Shown here: in pieces, positions 1 to 9,269 of the stretch
How positions within the stretch are numbered: the stretch's first letter is position 1
Layout of the letters: every line of letters begins with the position of its first letter
From: Planctomycetota bacterium
Lineage (GTDB): Bacteria > Planctomycetota > B15-G4
Assembly (NCBI GenBank): GCA_038212275.1
Contig: JBBQUR010000015.1
Span: forward strand, 58,828 to 122,827
Length of the DNA stretch: 64,000 nucleotides
Direction: 5' to 3'
Program-made: the position numbers and the translations under genes
The notes under the pieces: generated by a model
The model's database searches: none
What the model saw: only the letters and a program-made list of their open reading frames with translations
What the model was told of the DNA's origin: nothing

Positions 1-388
1 CGAGGAGATCTTCTACTTCGGGCAGGGCGGCGATCTGAACGCCGTGCGCTGGAACGACTGGAAGGTGTCCTTCGCCGTCGAGAACGGCAACATCGCCACC
101 GCGACGCGCGACGTGCCGGGCTGGCCGGAGATCGTCAATCTCCGCGCCGACCCGTATGAGAAGGCGCCGCACGAGTCGGGCATGTACATCCGCTGGTACG
201 CCGACAACATCTGGCTCTTCGTGCCGGTACAGACCAAGCTCAAGGCTTTCCTGCTCACGCTGCCGGAGTTTCCCTTCCAGCAGGGCAGCAGCCTGAACGC
301 GGCGGGCATCAACTACAACTCGCTGAAGGCGATGCAGGCCATGAAGCGCCTGAACGAATTGGAGACGCTGCCCGCTCCAGGCAACTGA
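1..388 (+). CDS. Arylsulfatase, C-terminal part (runs in from window edge)
   Basis: AVRWNDWKV...NLRADPYEKA, the typical arylsulfatase C-terminus; stop at 388. Confidence 0.8.
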   Translation, partial: EEIFYFGQGGDLNAVRWNDWKVSFAVENGNIATATRDVPGWPEIVNLRADPYEKAPHESGMYIRWYADNIWLFVPVQTKLKAFLLTLPEFPFQQGSSLNAAGINYNSLKAMQAMKRLNELETLPAPGN

Positions 389-761
389 GCGGAACTCGCC
401 ACTGTCGGCGCCGAAACTCTCACGCCGCCCGGGAGCGCGCCGATCGCGATTTCTCCGACCTGCAAGCACATCGACCTGAAGGAGCAGGATGGCGGCATCG
501 AGGTGCTCCTCGGAACTGTCGCCGTGACCAGCAGCACGGTGCAGAACAGGAGCCTCCCGCCCGCCGTGCAGCCCGCCCGACTCCCCACGGCACGACACGC
601 ACCGCCGTCACGCGACTCCTCAGACCTTCCCCCGATGTGAACCCTCCCATGGCGTTCCGCCGGTTGCCGAAGGTTCTTTCGTCCTTGTCCGTGGCCCTCG
701 CCTGCGCGGCGCCGCTCGTCGCGCAGGGCACGCCCACGCTCGACTGGGTCGCTGCAGGCCA

Positions 762-832
762 CGGAGCATTGGGAATGCAAGCGCCCCCACCCTGCCGCAG
801 CGCCCGCAGCGTGTCCCGCCTTCTGCCGTGAA
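762..832 (-). mobile_element. Short IS91/ISCR-like end remnant (type A)
   Basis: caagcgcccccaccctgccgcagcgcccgc at 778 matches the repeat found at 26803, 41366, 63685 and elsewhere. Confidence 0.7.
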
Positions 833-839
833 GGCCGCT

Positions 840-3560
840 TCAGGAGCGCCGCAGCAGGAAGAGCAGAGGCGATCCGTCGCCGTCCTTTGCTTCGGCGTCG
901 AGCGTGATGCTCTGCGTGGAGCTCTCGTAGCCGGGAGCTTCCACCGTGACGGTGAGCGGCTCGCCGGCCGGCACCTCGAGGCTGGCGATGATGGACCGCG
1001 TGGCTTGCGGGACGAGGCGTTGCGTCATGGCGAGGGCCATGGCCGAGGGGTTGCCGTCCAGGCGAGCCTCCGCGCGAAGGCCGCGCGCGGCATCGAGGAC
1101 GGTCGCGTGTGCATCGCAGTCCAGTGGCCAGACCAGCCCCTGCGCCATGAGTGACTCCAGAAGCGGACCCCACTCCTCCATGCTGCTGCCGGCGGGCGGC
1201 GTGCTGACGGAGGGGGCTGCGCCCAGCACCAGCGCCATCACGCGCAGCGTGCCGCGATCCGCGAGCACCAGCTCGACGGTGCCGCGCGGCTCGGTGCGCA
1301 GATCCAGCGGGAAGGATTGCGGCTCGCTGAGAAAGTCGCGGCGCACCTCCACGGTGAGTTGCTCTGCGGGCAGGCCCACGGCCAGCGCTTCTCCGCGCTC
1401 GTCGGTGCCGAGCTGCGTGGTGTGCGCGTTCTGTCCCCAGGCGACCTTGAGCGGTGGGCCTCCCGCATTCCGGAAGGACAGGTGTGCGCTGAGCGGCTCG
1501 CGCCGCGCGTTGACGACGCGGAGCCGGACCTGGCGCGCGGCGCTGAAGCGGATGTCGAGGACGTGCTCGCCGGCTTCAAAGGCCTGCAGCGGTGCGGACC
1601 ACGGCGCGTAGCCGGCGGCGTCGGCATTCACCTGCATCGCGCCGGGCTGCAGGCCGGTGATGCGCCACGCGCCGTCCGCACTCTCGAAGTCGTGGCTCTC
1701 GCCGATCATGCCCCCGCCGCCCACCGGGATCATCGTCGTCACGTCGAAGGCCGTGACCGGGCGGCCGGTGAGTGCGTCCGTCGCGCGTCCCAGCAGTGTG
1801 ACGCCGCTGGTCGCATCCGGGTCCAGCACGAGCAGCAGGTCCTGCGTGCCCGACGGCGCGGTGAGCATGGCGATCAGGCCGCTCTCGCGCGGGTGCGTCG
1901 CCGTGACCTTGAAGTTGCCCGCGTAGAGCTGGTCGAAGCGGAAGCGGCCGTCCTCGCCGGTGCTGGCGCTGTTCAGCGATTCGACTCGTGATTCCCAGGT
2001 GGGCACCGGAAAGCGGGCGCCGGGGCCGAGGTCCACGAGGCGGTCGCCTTCGATCTCCACCAGAGCGCCGCGCACCGGCGCGCCACTCAGGTCCACGACC
2101 TGGCCGGCGAGGGTGCGCTCGGGATCCAGCGCCAGTTCCAGAGGCATGTTGGCGGTCTCGGCGATGACGACGGGCTGGCGCACGAACACGGCATGACCCT
2201 CTGCGGTGACCACCACTTCCGCGTTGCCATCCGCGTGCAGGCCCGTGAACGTGAAGCGTCCCTGATCGTCGGCGAAATCCGTGCTGGTCAATGTCGAGCG
2301 GGTGTTCGGGTCGGACGTGACCAGCGTGACCGTGGCTTCGGCGATGGGCGCACCGTCGGCCGCGGCGCGGACGTGACCGCTCAGCGTGGCGCCCGAGTCG
2401 AGTCGGACGACGAGGTCGGGATCGCCGGGCGCGTGCCGGCCGCGCCAGGCGAGGAAGCCGGGCGCCGACACGCTGACCTCGTAGACCTCGTCGCAGCAGT
2501 GGTCGCGCCGGAAGCTGCCGTCGGCGCCGGTGCGCGCCGGGCCTCCGAACTCCGCGAGCCGGCGGTAGACATCGGGTGCCGCGGTGACCTGCGACGGCGC
2601 CGCCTCGCCGGGGAGGCTGAACCCGATGGCTGCCCTTGGCACCGGCGCACCGCCGGGATCAAGGACCACGCCGCGGATCTCGCGCGCGGGCGAGAGCACC
2701 ACGGTCAGCGGCGGCTCGACGGGTGCGCCGCCCGCGAGCGCGCCGATGCGCGCGCCCTCGGGAAGCGTGCCGACGAGCTGCTCGCGCAGCGCGTAGCCCG
2801 GCGCCGACGCCGTGATCACGAAGGGCGGCCCGATGCGCGCGAGCACGAACTCGCCGGCGGCATTGGCGGTGGTGGTGCGGTCCGGCTCGTAGCTTTTCTC
2901 GAAGTTCAGCGTGGCGGCGTCGGTGGTGGCGCCCACCAGCGCGCCGGCGATCGGCTGTCCGTGCGTGTCCACGACGCGGCCCGAGAGCGCGCCGCCGCTG
3001 CCCACGGCGAGGTCGAGCGTCGTCTCGGTGCCGGGTTGCAGTGGCAGTTCGACCTCGCTCCTGCCGCGCACCGTGTCGGGGCCGACGCCGGCGCGCAACT
3101 GATCCAGCGTGCAGGCCCCGGTGAACACGAGGCGGTAGCGGCCGTCGGCGCCGGTGAGCGCCTGGCTCGCGGCTTCATCGAGAGGCGCCTTGATGCGCGC
3201 GCCGCCGCTGGAGACCAGCGCTACCACGGAGACGTCCGATGCCGGCGAGCCGTCGGTCAGGCGCGTGATGCGACCGGTGAGCACGGCGGAGGGCGCGAGA
3301 GTTTCCGACGAACCGAGGGTCGCGACGGCGGCCTGCCATGCCTCGCCGCTCAACGAACTGGCGGCATCCTCCGGCAAGCGTGCACGCGGCGCGGCGTCGA
3401 AGCGCGGTGCGCTGTCGGCACTGCTGCTCGGCGCCGCGATCGCAGCGGCGTTGCGGAGCCCGTCCTCGCGCGGGTCCTCGCGCTGCACCAGCCAGATGCC
3501 GACCCCCAGCACGACGAGTGCCGCTGCAAAGATCCAGACCGGCCGTGAACGCTGCGCCAT
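840..3560 (-). CDS. Membrane-anchored protein with carboxypeptidase regulatory-like (beta-sandwich) repeats
   Basis: N-terminal TM helix and repeated GRVVD..G.P..GA.V / TD..G.F motifs; ORF could start at 3596. Confidence 0.8.
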   Translation of the reverse strand: MAQRSRPVWIFAAALVVLGVGIWLVQREDPREDGLRNAAAIAAPSSSADSAPRFDAAPRARLPEDAASSLSGEAWQAAVATLGSSETLAPSAVLTGRITRLTDGSPASDVSVVALVSSGGARIKAPLDEAASQALTGADGRYRLVFTGACTLDQLRAGVGPDTVRGRSEVELPLQPGTETTLDLAVGSGGALSGRVVDTHGQPIAGALVGATTDAATLNFEKSYEPDRTTTANAAGEFVLARIGPPFVITASAPGYALREQLVGTLPEGARIGALAGGAPVEPPLTVVLSPAREIRGVVLDPGGAPVPRAAIGFSLPGEAAPSQVTAAPDVYRRLAEFGGPARTGADGSFRRDHCCDEVYEVSVSAPGFLAWRGRHAPGDPDLVVRLDSGATLSGHVRAAADGAPIAEATVTLVTSDPNTRSTLTSTDFADDQGRFTFTGLHADGNAEVVVTAEGHAVFVRQPVVIAETANMPLELALDPERTLAGQVVDLSGAPVRGALVEIEGDRLVDLGPGARFPVPTWESRVESLNSASTGEDGRFRFDQLYAGNFKVTATHPRESGLIAMLTAPSGTQDLLLVLDPDATSGVTLLGRATDALTGRPVTAFDVTTMIPVGGGGMIGESHDFESADGAWRITGLQPGAMQVNADAAGYAPWSAPLQAFEAGEHVLDIRFSAARQVRLRVVNARREPLSAHLSFRNAGGPPLKVAWGQNAHTTQLGTDERGEALAVGLPAEQLTVEVRRDFLSEPQSFPLDLRTEPRGTVELVLADRGTLRVMALVLGAAPSVSTPPAGSSMEEWGPLLESLMAQGLVWPLDCDAHATVLDAARGLRAEARLDGNPSAMALAMTQRLVPQATRSIIASLEVPAGEPLTVTVEAPGYESSTQSITLDAEAKDGDGSPLLFLLRRS

Positions 3561-3632
3561 GACCCGAACTCCCGCGCGAGAGACGGACGGAATCATGCCG
3601 CACGGGCCGCGCCCGTGTCAGGCCCGCCCCGC

Positions 3633-6626
3633 TCACGGCCCGGGCGCGACGTACAGCGTCACGTCGCGCGTTTCACCGGGCGCGAGTGACACCACCTGCG
3701 CCGCGAGGCCCAGGCCATCGAGGGCCGCCGCGGTGTTGCAGCTTTGCCTGTCACCGGTGGAGAACACGGCCACTCGGTACTGGCCCGGCGGCAGATTGCC
3801 AGATGACAGCCATCCCGCGAACCGAGGAAAGTGCCGTACCACTCGTACGTCGTCGCCGGGAGGCGGGTTGAGGCCCCAGGCGACCGTGGAGGCTTCGGCA
3901 GTTTGCCCGTTGGGGCCAAGCACGGTGATGCGCATGCAGGCTGCAGGCGGCAACGCGATGCGCAGCCCGCTCACGACCTGACCCGCGGCAACCGTCACGG
4001 GTACGGGCTCCAGCGGGAAGTGCCCGGGCGCGCTCACCAACCAGCGGAAGGTGCCCGCGCCCACGCGTGGCACCACGAAGAGACCCTGAGCGTCGGTCCT
4101 CACCGCATCGGCACCCGAGAGACTCACCTGCGCGCCCGGCAGGGGCTCTCCGGAGAGCGCATCGAGCACCAGGCCCTCCACGCGCCCGCTGCCGAGCTGC
4201 AGCACCAGCAGGATGTCCGCATCGGGCACGAGATCGACTCGCCCGACCTCGCTCGCTGCGCCGCCGTCCAGCAGCGCCCGCACCACGATCAGGCCCATTT
4301 CGTCGAGCGTGAGCCGCGCCTCGCCCTGCGCGTCGGTGACCGGCAGCCTGCCGGCCTGCTTGACGGACGGGAGGACACCGGTCCGCTGGCTATTGTCATC
4401 GAGGTGCGCCCAGTGAATGCGCGCACCCGCCACGGGCTGGGCTCCGTCCAGCACGCGCACGCGGAGCCGCGGTGGTGGCGGCACCACGAGCCGCACGCTG
4501 CTGACCTCTCCCGCCACGACATCCACCGGACAGCGCGTACCCCTGGGTCCGCGCAGAACCCAGCCACCGGGCATGAGCCCGGTCGCGCGGAAGCAGCAGC
4601 CGGCATCCAGATTCACGTCGACTCCGGGCAGTCTCCGGGAACTCTTGAGGGGGTCGTCGAACGCCCGCTCCACCAGCCTGACGGTCCAGTCGTGGAGCAG
4701 TGGCGAACAACTGCCGTCGACATCGACGATGCAGCCTTCGACAGCGCCGGTGCGCTGCACCGTGAGCACCACGTCGGCGCGGGATTCACCTGCCGCGAGA
4801 GTCAGCTCGGTTTCCTCGGCCTCGGCCAGCTCGTCGCCACTCGGTGTGATGCCCCACTCCCCTGCGCCAAGGCCGCGGGCGGCGAACGCACCCGCCGCGT
4901 CCGTGACAGCTTCGTGCACGATGGCGTGGTCGGGGTGCATGCCCTCCAACTGGAAGCGCAGTCTCACTTGCGGCATGCCTGCACCTCGCTCGTCCACGAC
5001 GCGGCCCTGCACGCGCGCCTCGGGCGCCAGCACGACGTGCACGTGCGGGGGCAACACCGCCGACGACGATGTGTCACGCGCGGAACATCCCTGGAGCTCG
5101 ACAGCCTGCTGCTCGGACACGAGCAGTTCCAGATTGATGCATCGCGTCGCGAAGCCCGGCGCCTCCACGCACAGCGAAACGCCGCGATCGACGCGCCGGT
5201 CCACTGCAAAGGCGCCGGGAGCGGTGGGCCTCACGCCGCAGGGGTGGTCGCCGAACTCATCCTCCGACTCGCCCGTGGCCTGCACCCGCGCCGCAGCGAC
5301 GGGTTGTCCATCGGGCGTCTCGACGAACACGACGATCCCGGGCGACTGCCCCGGCGTTTCCAGCGGCACGAGCTGCAGCACGACGGGCACGCCGCCCGGC
5401 CAGACACCGGCGACCGGATCCGCTCGACCGCTGGAGGCGAGCGCGGCCACCACATGCGCCGTGTTGTCGAGGCCGCGAATCGTGTAGCGGCCGTTCCCCG
5501 AGGGCGAGCCCCGGCGCGGGTGGTAGTCGTTGTCCTCGACCGGCAGTCGCAGCAGGTCGGCCGTGGACGGCCGAAGAGAACTCGAGCGCAGCGGCGCTGC
5601 GACCACCGTGGCGTCGTCCACCGGCTGCTGCCGGCTGTCCAGGACGATGACGTGGACGACCAGGCCTTCCTCCGCGATCAGGTCGGGCATCTCAACGCTG
5701 GCGCCGGGTGTCAAGACGTCGATGCATTCCTCGGCGTGCTGCCAGTCGTCCGAGGTGATGGCGGCGCACACCTCGCCGGGCCACACGCTGCGGAAGCCGT
5801 AGCTCCCATCGTCCTCGGTGACGGCGTCCCGCAGCGCCAAGGGGAGCCCCCACCATTCGTCGAAGCCGAGCCGCGCCGCCACCGCGTCGTCCACGTCCAC
5901 ATCCAGTCGCACGTGGATGCCACCGACCGGCCGACCAGCGCCGTCCACGACGCGCCCGCGCACGAACGCGCCTGCGAGCACGATCAGCGTTCCGACATCA
6001 CACTCGGCGATGTCACTCTCGGGGCATTCGTGCCACAGCGCGGTGCAGCGCGGGTCGTCCACCACGATGGCGCGCGTGGAGGCGTCAAGCTGGCGCCACC
6101 GCGTGCCGGCGCCCAGCAGGCCGCGGCGCGTCTGCAGGTCGAAGCTGCCATCGGGAGCAGTGCGCGTGGAGGGCCCGGCGCCCGGCGTGCGCCCCGTGGC
6201 CTCTTCGACCACCGCGCGCGTGGCCGGGTCGGGAACGAACACGATGTCCGCGTCCACGAGCGGCGCACCGAACTCATTCACGACGCGGCCGTGCACCCGG
6301 AAGCCGGTGGTCCACTCCGCCGGCACGCCGGCGAAGTACGGATCGTCGAGGCCGGTGCGGTCCAGCGGAGAGTCGGCAGCGGCCTCGAGCTTGATGCTGT
6401 CGCCCAGTTGCAGCGGCTGCCGCGCAGCGGCGTCCGCGCTGTCGCCAAGCGGTCCGCCCCTGCTGGAGTCGCCGCGATGCGCGGAGAGGACCGAGCGCGC
6501 CCGCGAGTCCGGCTCATCCGCCAACCTCACGAACCACGCAAAGGCCAGCACGAGTCCGGCGCCTGCGCCCACCATGAGCGCCAGCGCAAGACGCCGTCGT
6601 GCTCGCAATGTCTTCGCTGGCTTCAT
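3633..6626 (-). CDS. Second membrane-anchored carboxypeptidase regulatory-like repeat protein
   Basis: N-terminal TM helix and repeated GRVVDxxG...TDxxGxF units. Confidence 0.8.
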   Translation of the reverse strand: MKPAKTLRARRRLALALMVGAGAGLVLAFAWFVRLADEPDSRARSVLSAHRGDSSRGGPLGDSADAAARQPLQLGDSIKLEAAADSPLDRTGLDDPYFAGVPAEWTTGFRVHGRVVNEFGAPLVDADIVFVPDPATRAVVEEATGRTPGAGPSTRTAPDGSFDLQTRRGLLGAGTRWRQLDASTRAIVVDDPRCTALWHECPESDIAECDVGTLIVLAGAFVRGRVVDGAGRPVGGIHVRLDVDVDDAVAARLGFDEWWGLPLALRDAVTEDDGSYGFRSVWPGEVCAAITSDDWQHAEECIDVLTPGASVEMPDLIAEEGLVVHVIVLDSRQQPVDDATVVAAPLRSSSLRPSTADLLRLPVEDNDYHPRRGSPSGNGRYTIRGLDNTAHVVAALASSGRADPVAGVWPGGVPVVLQLVPLETPGQSPGIVVFVETPDGQPVAAARVQATGESEDEFGDHPCGVRPTAPGAFAVDRRVDRGVSLCVEAPGFATRCINLELLVSEQQAVELQGCSARDTSSSAVLPPHVHVVLAPEARVQGRVVDERGAGMPQVRLRFQLEGMHPDHAIVHEAVTDAAGAFAARGLGAGEWGITPSGDELAEAEETELTLAAGESRADVVLTVQRTGAVEGCIVDVDGSCSPLLHDWTVRLVERAFDDPLKSSRRLPGVDVNLDAGCCFRATGLMPGGWVLRGPRGTRCPVDVVAGEVSSVRLVVPPPPRLRVRVLDGAQPVAGARIHWAHLDDNSQRTGVLPSVKQAGRLPVTDAQGEARLTLDEMGLIVVRALLDGGAASEVGRVDLVPDADILLVLQLGSGRVEGLVLDALSGEPLPGAQVSLSGADAVRTDAQGLFVVPRVGAGTFRWLVSAPGHFPLEPVPVTVAAGQVVSGLRIALPPAACMRITVLGPNGQTAEASTVAWGLNPPPGDDVRVVRHFPRFAGWLSSGNLPPGQYRVAVFSTGDRQSCNTAAALDGLGLAAQVVSLAPGETRDVTLYVAPGP

Positions 6627-6917
6627 GCGTACACGTCGACCCCTCGGTGCCTGTCCGCCTCCGGCGCCAGCACGTCTACACCGGAAGTCGCCCGGAGTAA
6701 TGCTTTCGCGAGCGCGGGGCGCGTCGGCGGGCCCGCTGTCCGGCCCGAGCACGGTGACCACCATCCGGGCGGCGGGGTCCAGCGCAACACGCAGTCCGCT
6801 CCACAGCCCTCGCAGTGCAGCACGTCCGGCGCAGTTTTGTCATGCGGGCAAAGCTAGCAGGCCAGGCACCGGACACTTGAGGGGCAAGCGCCTCATCCCG
6901 CGTAGAATCCGCCGCCT

Positions 6918-7635
6918 ATGTCCGGCGGCCAGTTCAGCGTCACGCCCCACCAGTCCGCCTACTTTGCGCACGCCCTGACGCTCGCGTCGCCGGCCGGCAC
7001 CGTAGAGGGGCTCTCGCGCTCGATCGCCAGCGCCCGCGTGGACCTGAACCCGCACCAGGTGGACGCCGCGCTCTTCGCGCTGCGCTCGCCGCTCAGCCGC
7101 GGCGTGCTGCTCGCGGACGAGGTGGGCCTGGGCAAGACCATCGAGGCCGGCATCGTGATCTCGCAGCGCTGGGCCGAGCGGCGCCGGCGCGTGCTGCTCG
7201 TCGTGCCGGCCACGCTGCGCAAGCAGTGGGAGCAGGAGCTGGCCGAGAAGTTCCTGCTGCCGGCGTTCGTGCTGGACTCGCGGAGCTTCCGGGCAGCCGT
7301 GGAGGCGGGTGTCGCCAATCCGTTCGAGGCCGGCGGAGCCGAGAGAGCCAGCGCGGCCGGCCCCGGCACGCCGGACCGCATCGTGATCTGCTCCTACCAG
7401 TTCGCGGCGGCGCGGCAGGCGGAAGTGGCGCTGGTGCCGTGGGACCTCGTGGTCATCGACGAGGCCCACCGCCTGCGCAACGTCTACAAGACTTCGAGCA
7501 AGATCGCCCGCGCGCTGGTGGACGCGATCGGCAGCCGCAACAAGCTGCTGCTCACGGCGACGCCGCTGCAGAACTCGCTCATGGAGCTGTACGGCCTCGT
7601 CAGTGTCATCGACCCGCAGGTGTTCGGCGACGCGC
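6918..7635 (+). pseudogene. SNF2-family helicase N-terminal fragment (motifs I-III only)
   Basis: LLADEVGLGKT, DEAH, TATPLQN; homology stops after DPQVFGD. Confidence 0.8.
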
Positions 7636-7639
7636 GGGC

Positions 7640-8190
7640 GCGTGCTCCACAGGGCGTTCATCGCGCCGCGGATGCGCTCGTTCTCCTCGCGCAGCCGATC
7701 CTGCAACGCGTCCTTGCCGTGGTTGCGGCCGGCGAAGGCGATCAGCGAGAAGTCCCACGGCATGTCGAGCCGCGGATCGAGGAAGCGGTAGTCGGCCTCG
7801 AGCGCCGGGCCTGTCAGGCGTCCTTCCGCGCGCATCCGCTCCTCCATCGGCGTGCCGACGCAGGGCAGCGTGCGGCAGAAGCCCGCCACGGTGTCTCCGT
7901 CGGCGCAGAAGTCGCGCAGGAAACGGAGGTGGTTGCGCACGGTCGAGAGCGTGCTCCACGGCTCGAGCAGCATGAAGCCGACGTCGAAGCCGAGGTCGAG
8001 GCGCTGCAGCACCGCGCCGGCGCGATGATGGACCTCCGGCTTGATGCGCCTGTTCAGCGTCTTCAGCGCCTCGGGATCGCCCGCCTCCACTCCGAGGCAG
8101 ACGTGCGACAGCCCGGCCTCCATGAGCGGCGCGAGCACGTCCTCGCGCACCTCGTCGGAGCGGCACGAGAGCTTGAAGCGCACACGCCAC
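7640..8190 (-). pseudogene. Internal/C-terminal fragment of a B12-dependent radical SAM protein
   Basis: AGLSHVCLGVEAGD...GFMLLEPWSTL...GTPM; CxxxCxxC and N-terminus absent. Confidence 0.65.
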
Positions 8191-8540
8191 AGCCGGAGTT
8201 CGGCGTGGCGCGGAAGGACCACGACCGGACGCGCCTCGTGAACAACGCCAGCGGCTGGACCGACATGCAAGTGGGCGACGTCTCCGACGTGCACGACTGC
8301 CCCGGCCCGAGGCTGCTCGCGACGGAAGATGGCCGCGCGCTCGTGCTGGGCGAGTTCGGCGGACTGGGGCTGCCGATCGCCGGTCACACCTGGGTGCCGC
8401 AGAACAGCCAGGGCTGCCGCAGCTTCGAGTCGAAGGACGCGCTGGGCGACACCTGCCGCGACGTCGTCGCGAAGCTGCCGGACGATGCTTCCGCACTCAA
8501 CGCCGCCGTGATCCGGCTCTCGATGGACGAGGGACGCTGA
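8190..8540 (+). pseudogene. Glycoside hydrolase family 2 fragment
   Basis: LVNNASGWTD..GDV.D.H.CPGP...VLGEFGGLGLPI.GHTW resembles the GH2 TIM-barrel segment. Confidence 0.6.
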
Positions 8541-8555
8541 GCGCGCGCGGCGGCG

Positions 8556-9269
8556 TCAGGGCGCTGCCGGATCGAGGCGCGTCTCCTCCAGCGTGTCTAC
8601 GGCCAGCCGATAACCGGCCCAGCCGTTCTCCAGCGTCGCGTGCTCCGGCACGATGCGGCCCGGCTGCCCGCGCACGCAGCGCACGGTGATCGTCCCCGCC
8701 GGATGGCCGTCGAGGCGCGTGAAGCGCCGCTCCACCAGCGCGCCATCCTGCCACACCTCGACGAGGTGCTCGTCGCCGCGGTCGCCCTCGTGCGTTCCAT
8801 CCGCCAGCGACCCGCCTGCGGGCGCCAACCACGGAAAGAAGACGCGCTGTACGTCCAGCAGAATGAAGCGCGGCGGGAAGGGCATGTCCTGCTCGGTGCG
8901 GTTCTCGAAGGCGATGCGGTCGCCGTCGAGCGTCACGACGAAGCCCGCCGAGCCGAGCGGCGAGAGGCCGAGCAGCGTCAGCTTGTCGCCCTGCTTCTGG
9001 AAGGCGCCGTCGAAGCCGCGCGACGAGCCGTCGCCCCACGTGGCGGTGACGCGCTGGCGCAGCAGCACGTCCGCCGGAAAGGTCGAGGGCGGGCGCAACT
9101 CGCCCGGATAGTCGGCCTCCGTGAGTTCTGCCGGCACGCGCGGCCGCGACTGCGACGTTTCGGCGGCGCACGCGCTCAGCAGCAGCGTCACGCACGTCGC
9201 GAGGAGGCAGCGCACGGCGAACGCTGTGAACGCGCGGTGCAACACGGGCGCGGTTCGAGCGGACGTCAT
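8556..9269 (-). CDS. DUF3261-like lipoprotein of aryl-polyene-type clusters
   Basis: Lipobox LSAC; LLGLSPLG and ILLDVQ motifs; cluster context. Confidence 0.7.
   Translation of the reverse strand: MTSARTAPVLHRAFTAFAVRCLLATCVTLLLSACAAETSQSRPRVPAELTEADYPGELRPPSTFPADVLLRQRVTATWGDGSSRGFDGAFQKQGDKLTLLGLSPLGSAGFVVTLDGDRIAFENRTEQDMPFPPRFILLDVQRVFFPWLAPAGGSLADGTHEGDRGDEHLVEVWQDGALVERRFTRLDGHPAGTITVRCVRGQPGRIVPEHATLENGWAGYRLAVDTLEETRLDPAAP

Noticed and set aside
3831..6857. Long antisense or alternative-frame ORFs (e.g. 3831-6857, 28615-31497, 12874-15093)
   Set aside because: Shadow ORFs of high-GC genes; Arg/Ala-rich with no motifs.
6918..7635. Functional DISARM or restriction-modification defence system
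   Set aside because: The helicase lacks its C-terminal domain and no partner genes are present.
6840..8387. 515-aa minus ORF as an intact radical SAM enzyme
   Set aside because: No CxxxCxxC motif; both ends are antisense to other fragments.
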